DNA of 63,518 nt, the filler included, from Octopus bimaculoides (taxonomy: Eukaryota), in NCBI RefSeq assembly GCF_001194135.2. It is 8 parts of 7 records of this genome, joined end to end, with 100 filler letters (N's around TTAATTAATTAA, not from the genome) between each part and the next. Parts side by side here need not be neighbours in the genome. Positions count along the whole stretch, not along the records: positions 59,969 to 63,518 come from NC_068983.1; 7 more parts are not named here. One strand, written 5' to 3'. Positions 59,969 through 63,518 of the stretch are shown here, piece after piece; position 1 is the first letter of the stretch; each line of letters starts with the position of its first letter. Under the pieces are notes generated by a model. That model had not been told where the DNA came from. It ran no database searches and saw only the letters and a program-made list of their open reading frames with translations. The translations under genes and the position numbers were made by a program.

Positions 59969-60310
59969 CAGGAGGTCAAGCAAATGGAAGTCTCCAGGAA
60001 ACGATAAAATTCCTAACTTCTGGTTGAATGCCTTCCCAGAAAGCCATGAACTGCTAACAAAACTTTACAACGATGTTTTGCAAAATCCTAGTTTGATGCC
60101 CTCTTGGCTAGTTAATGGTTTAACATTCCTGCTTCCAAAAAATGAGGAAACAAACGAACCAAAAAATTATGGCCCCATAACCTGCTTAACAACAATGTAT
60201 AAGAAGCTAACATCTGTCCTAACCGAGTACACCTATAGTTTTTTAATAGAAAGTAGCATATTCCCTAATGAGCAAAAGGGATGTAAACGTGGATCTTATG
60301 GTTGTAAAGA
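59969..60310 (+). mobile_element. R4/Dong-type LINE reverse-transcriptase fragment
   Basis: WKSPGNDKIPNFWL...G.TFLLPKN....PKNYGPITCLTTMYK.LTS....FPNEQKGCKRGSYGCKD. Confidence 0.85.
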
Positions 60311-62282
60311 TCTTATGGTTGTAAAGCTCTTGCACGCTGTTCTATTTATCTTTCTTTTAACTCTTCACATTCACTTTTCTGAATAGAAGTCCTTTATTAC
60401 CAAAAGTATGTCAACTAGGCATTACAGTCTGTGCAAACAGTCTCATTAACGTACTCTTCAATTCTTCAATGGGGTTAAGCATCGAGATGACCTTGTCTTT
60501 AAGGATCATATGGATATCGACATCACTTGGTAAACTATAGTGTTTAAGCTTTTTGCTCATTGCGTGCGTTGTAGCACAATGGAGATGAATATGCAAATCC
60601 AGGACAGATATATTAATGTTTCAGGACGCGATCAATGAGTGCTTAATAGTTATGTATTGTAATACTAGGCTGTAACGAGGCTCATGGAGAAACAGCTCTG
60701 TCCCGCTGCCTCTGTCCCTAGCAACTAGGCATCGGATTCAATATATTCTGCCATTCAATGTTGGGAACATCCTTCCGCAGATCGTTAAGGGCTCCCTCCT
60801 ACTACACACAGTCGATGGCATTCAGAGAGTCTACCGATTTTTATTTTCACAAATAGAAGATTTTTACTTTCCCCCTTACATTTCCTTTGCCGAATTCCTT
60901 TGTCAAGAAGGTCTTATCATTTAGGACATAACTATCCACTCCTCTATTTCCTTGATCTGGTTTAGGCTGAGCCAGTAGCTTTGATTCCACGCCGTTACTA
61001 AATTATAGGATGCTAGTGTTAGTGTTTTTGTTGCAGTTCGAACTGTTTACTCATTCAGAATAATGCTTCCAAGATTTTTTTAGTATTTATTTGTATAGTG
61101 CTGTGTTTGGAGTTCCTTCTTTATATTTGATTTTCGTTTCATTTGAAATTAATGTAGGTACGTGACATGTCTGCTGTTCACGTTAATCCTACCACTGCTG
61201 TATCAAACATCACTTCCCATCACTTCTAAAGAGAACATTTTGCAATATGTGTAAATATTGTAAATGGCCGTTTCTCAAATATATGTATGCGGTGTAAATT
61301 CTCTTAAGTCAAACATTTCTTCTACGTTATGTACCATGATAGAACCTCACACACCTGAAAATCGTCCATTAATATTTCTATAGAAAAAAACAGAACTTTT
61401 CACTCTTTACGTAATCTGATTAAGTATAAGTTTCTTCGCAGAGCTCTATTAGAACCATCCATTTGCTTTAACATTAGTGAAAATGATTATTATTATAACG
61501 ATTTCCGGAATGGGAGAATGCCTGCCTCAATTATATTCCTGGTTGGTCGTTATGAGGTTAATACACAATACTCTGATGCTATAATTTAATATATCTTGTT
61601 TAAATAATCGTATGCGCTTTGTTTTATTGAATAATGAGTTGTCATAGATGTCAGAATTCATTTCGAAAATTGAAAGCAAAGTTATGACTTAAATTACAGA
61701 TATTTATTACTTAAAATATTGCAATTATCCTAATTGGCTCCATTGATCTTCAGATTACTTTTAACGTTTGTTTTTGTTACGTAAACATAATTTGTATTAA
61801 GAAAGTGTACACTGCCTTTTCAAATGATTTATTCAATCTTACGTTTGCTAATTTGATAAAACAATAATAAGATACCATGATAGACCGTACTGTGTACTTA
61901 GATGCATTAAGTTTCAATCAAGTGTTTGGATATAATTACAACAGATCTATCTCAAACAATTCACTATGCATTTGTTCGAGAGACTCCCGATAAGTTTATA
62001 CAAATGGTGTTTATATGCTCTTCATGAGACATAGTAAGCATACACAAGTTTTGGCTGCGTAGAAATTAGAAATACTTGTGACTTCCCGTGATTCGCATAT
62101 ATACCGTTGATTTTGAACTTGTTAAATGTAGTGAAAGGAAGACATGTCAATTAGTGCATGTGTATAATTGACCTACTCTGATCTTTAATTAAAGTTTAAA
62201 GTGCACGAGGCGCGATGCTGATTAAGACACGATACAAAGCTTCCGTTTGTAGTCTGGCGTCCTTTCGATCCGTTATCAATGA

Positions 62283-62329
<47 letters not shown>

Positions 62330-62343
62330 CATACGTACATATG

Positions 62344-62380
<37 letters not shown>

Positions 62381-62510
62381 ATACATATATATATATGTAT
62401 ACATACATATATATATACATATATACACATATGTACACATACATAAATACGTATATATATTATATGTGCATGCGTATATACTTATGTAGTGTGTGAATGT
62501 GTGTGTCTAA

Positions 62511-62542
<32 letters not shown>

Positions 62543-62831
62543 NNNNNNNNNNNNNNNNNNNNNNNNNNNNNNNNNNNNNNNNNNNNNNNNNNNNNNNNNN
62601 NNNNNNNNNNNNNNNNNNNNNNNNNNNNNNNNNNTATATAAATATATATACTTATATGCATACATATATACACAAATATATATATAAACATATATGTTTG
62701 GTTGACGAGTTAAGAAATAATTGAGATTCAGTTGAATTAGGTGCTTAAGTTGAAGCACCAGATCAGTGCGGTATTATCCGTACAACTTAAAGTGAATGAA
62801 ATCAAAATAAGCAACAGAATATCAAGAGGTG

Positions 62832-62919
62832 ATGCAGTACGGCCGTTTCAAGCGGCTCCATTGCATTGAACAATGCAATCATTACATCAGTTCAAATGCA
62901 GGGCTATCCTCAGCTGCAT
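62832..62919 (-). ncRNA. Type I hammerhead ribozyme with intact core, perfect stem I and palindromic stem III
   Basis: AUGCAG-CUGAGGA-U-AGC...GCU-U-GAAAC-GGCC-GUA-CUGCAU. The predicted cut lies between 62838 and 62837. Confidence 0.75.
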
Positions 62920-63444
62920 AAATAAATAAACAGATTTTTTTAATCAGTTGGACATATTAATATGATTTTACTCAAATGCTCAAATAGAACAAGATTAGGG
63001 AAAGAGTCCATGTTACCACTAATGTAGCTAAGAATATACTACACTTCTAAGAACTGTATGAAGTTTGCAAGGGTCATAGCTTGTAAAGGATTGTGGTTCA
63101 TTTTTAATTTATTAGTCTTTTTATCAACTATCAGATCTAAGGCTAGAGGACTGTGTCTGTTTAGAATAGAGAGCAGGAGTGAGTTGACAGCACATGGCTG
63201 AGTATGGTCATAAATATTGTCAGGATTATAGGTTTAGCATAGTAACTGTCTATAAAGGGGGCTGGGTAGGGGAAGAGCCCAAATTAAGATGTTACTTACT
63301 AGTTAAAGGGGCATGACGCTAATAAAACCTATGATGTTAATACAGAGGAAATTACCATAGCGTAGAATGTTATATTGTATAAAGATAAAATTTATACATA
63401 CATACATACGTACATACATACATTCATACATACATACATACATA

Positions 63445-63518
<74 letters not shown>

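Overview
AT-rich, microsatellite-dense, gapped eukaryotic scaffold. The SINE/RTE/Penelope content points to a coleoid cephalopod, most likely Octopus (inference, not checked against a database). The only host gene I can support is a + strand Piccolo/Fife-like presynaptic scaffold gene. Four exons (139-174, 4408-4533, 8171-8279, 9187-9299) splice in frame to [127 protein letters not shown], which is a Piccolo-type PDZ domain plus linker. I found no downstream C2 exon, so the remaining ~54 kb is probably one very long intron (or unordered contigs). It is filled with decayed RTE, R4/Dong-type, Penelope-like (PLE), mariner, Helitron-like, hAT/piggyBac MITE and tRNA-SINE copies. The main unexpected signal is seven hammerhead-ribozyme-like motifs from several unrelated sequence families. 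They include a tRNA-headed (Pol III) SINE with a hammerhead in its tail, present as a head-to-head pair, a ~159-nt retrozyme-like unit, and one copy with an intact core and perfect stems I and III. Also notable are a textbook candidate recursive splice site (17113-17139) and a near-identical inverted RTE-tail pair that could form an ADAR substrate. Most ORFs in the supplied track are microsatellite or N-gap artefacts. All alignments and folds were done by eye.
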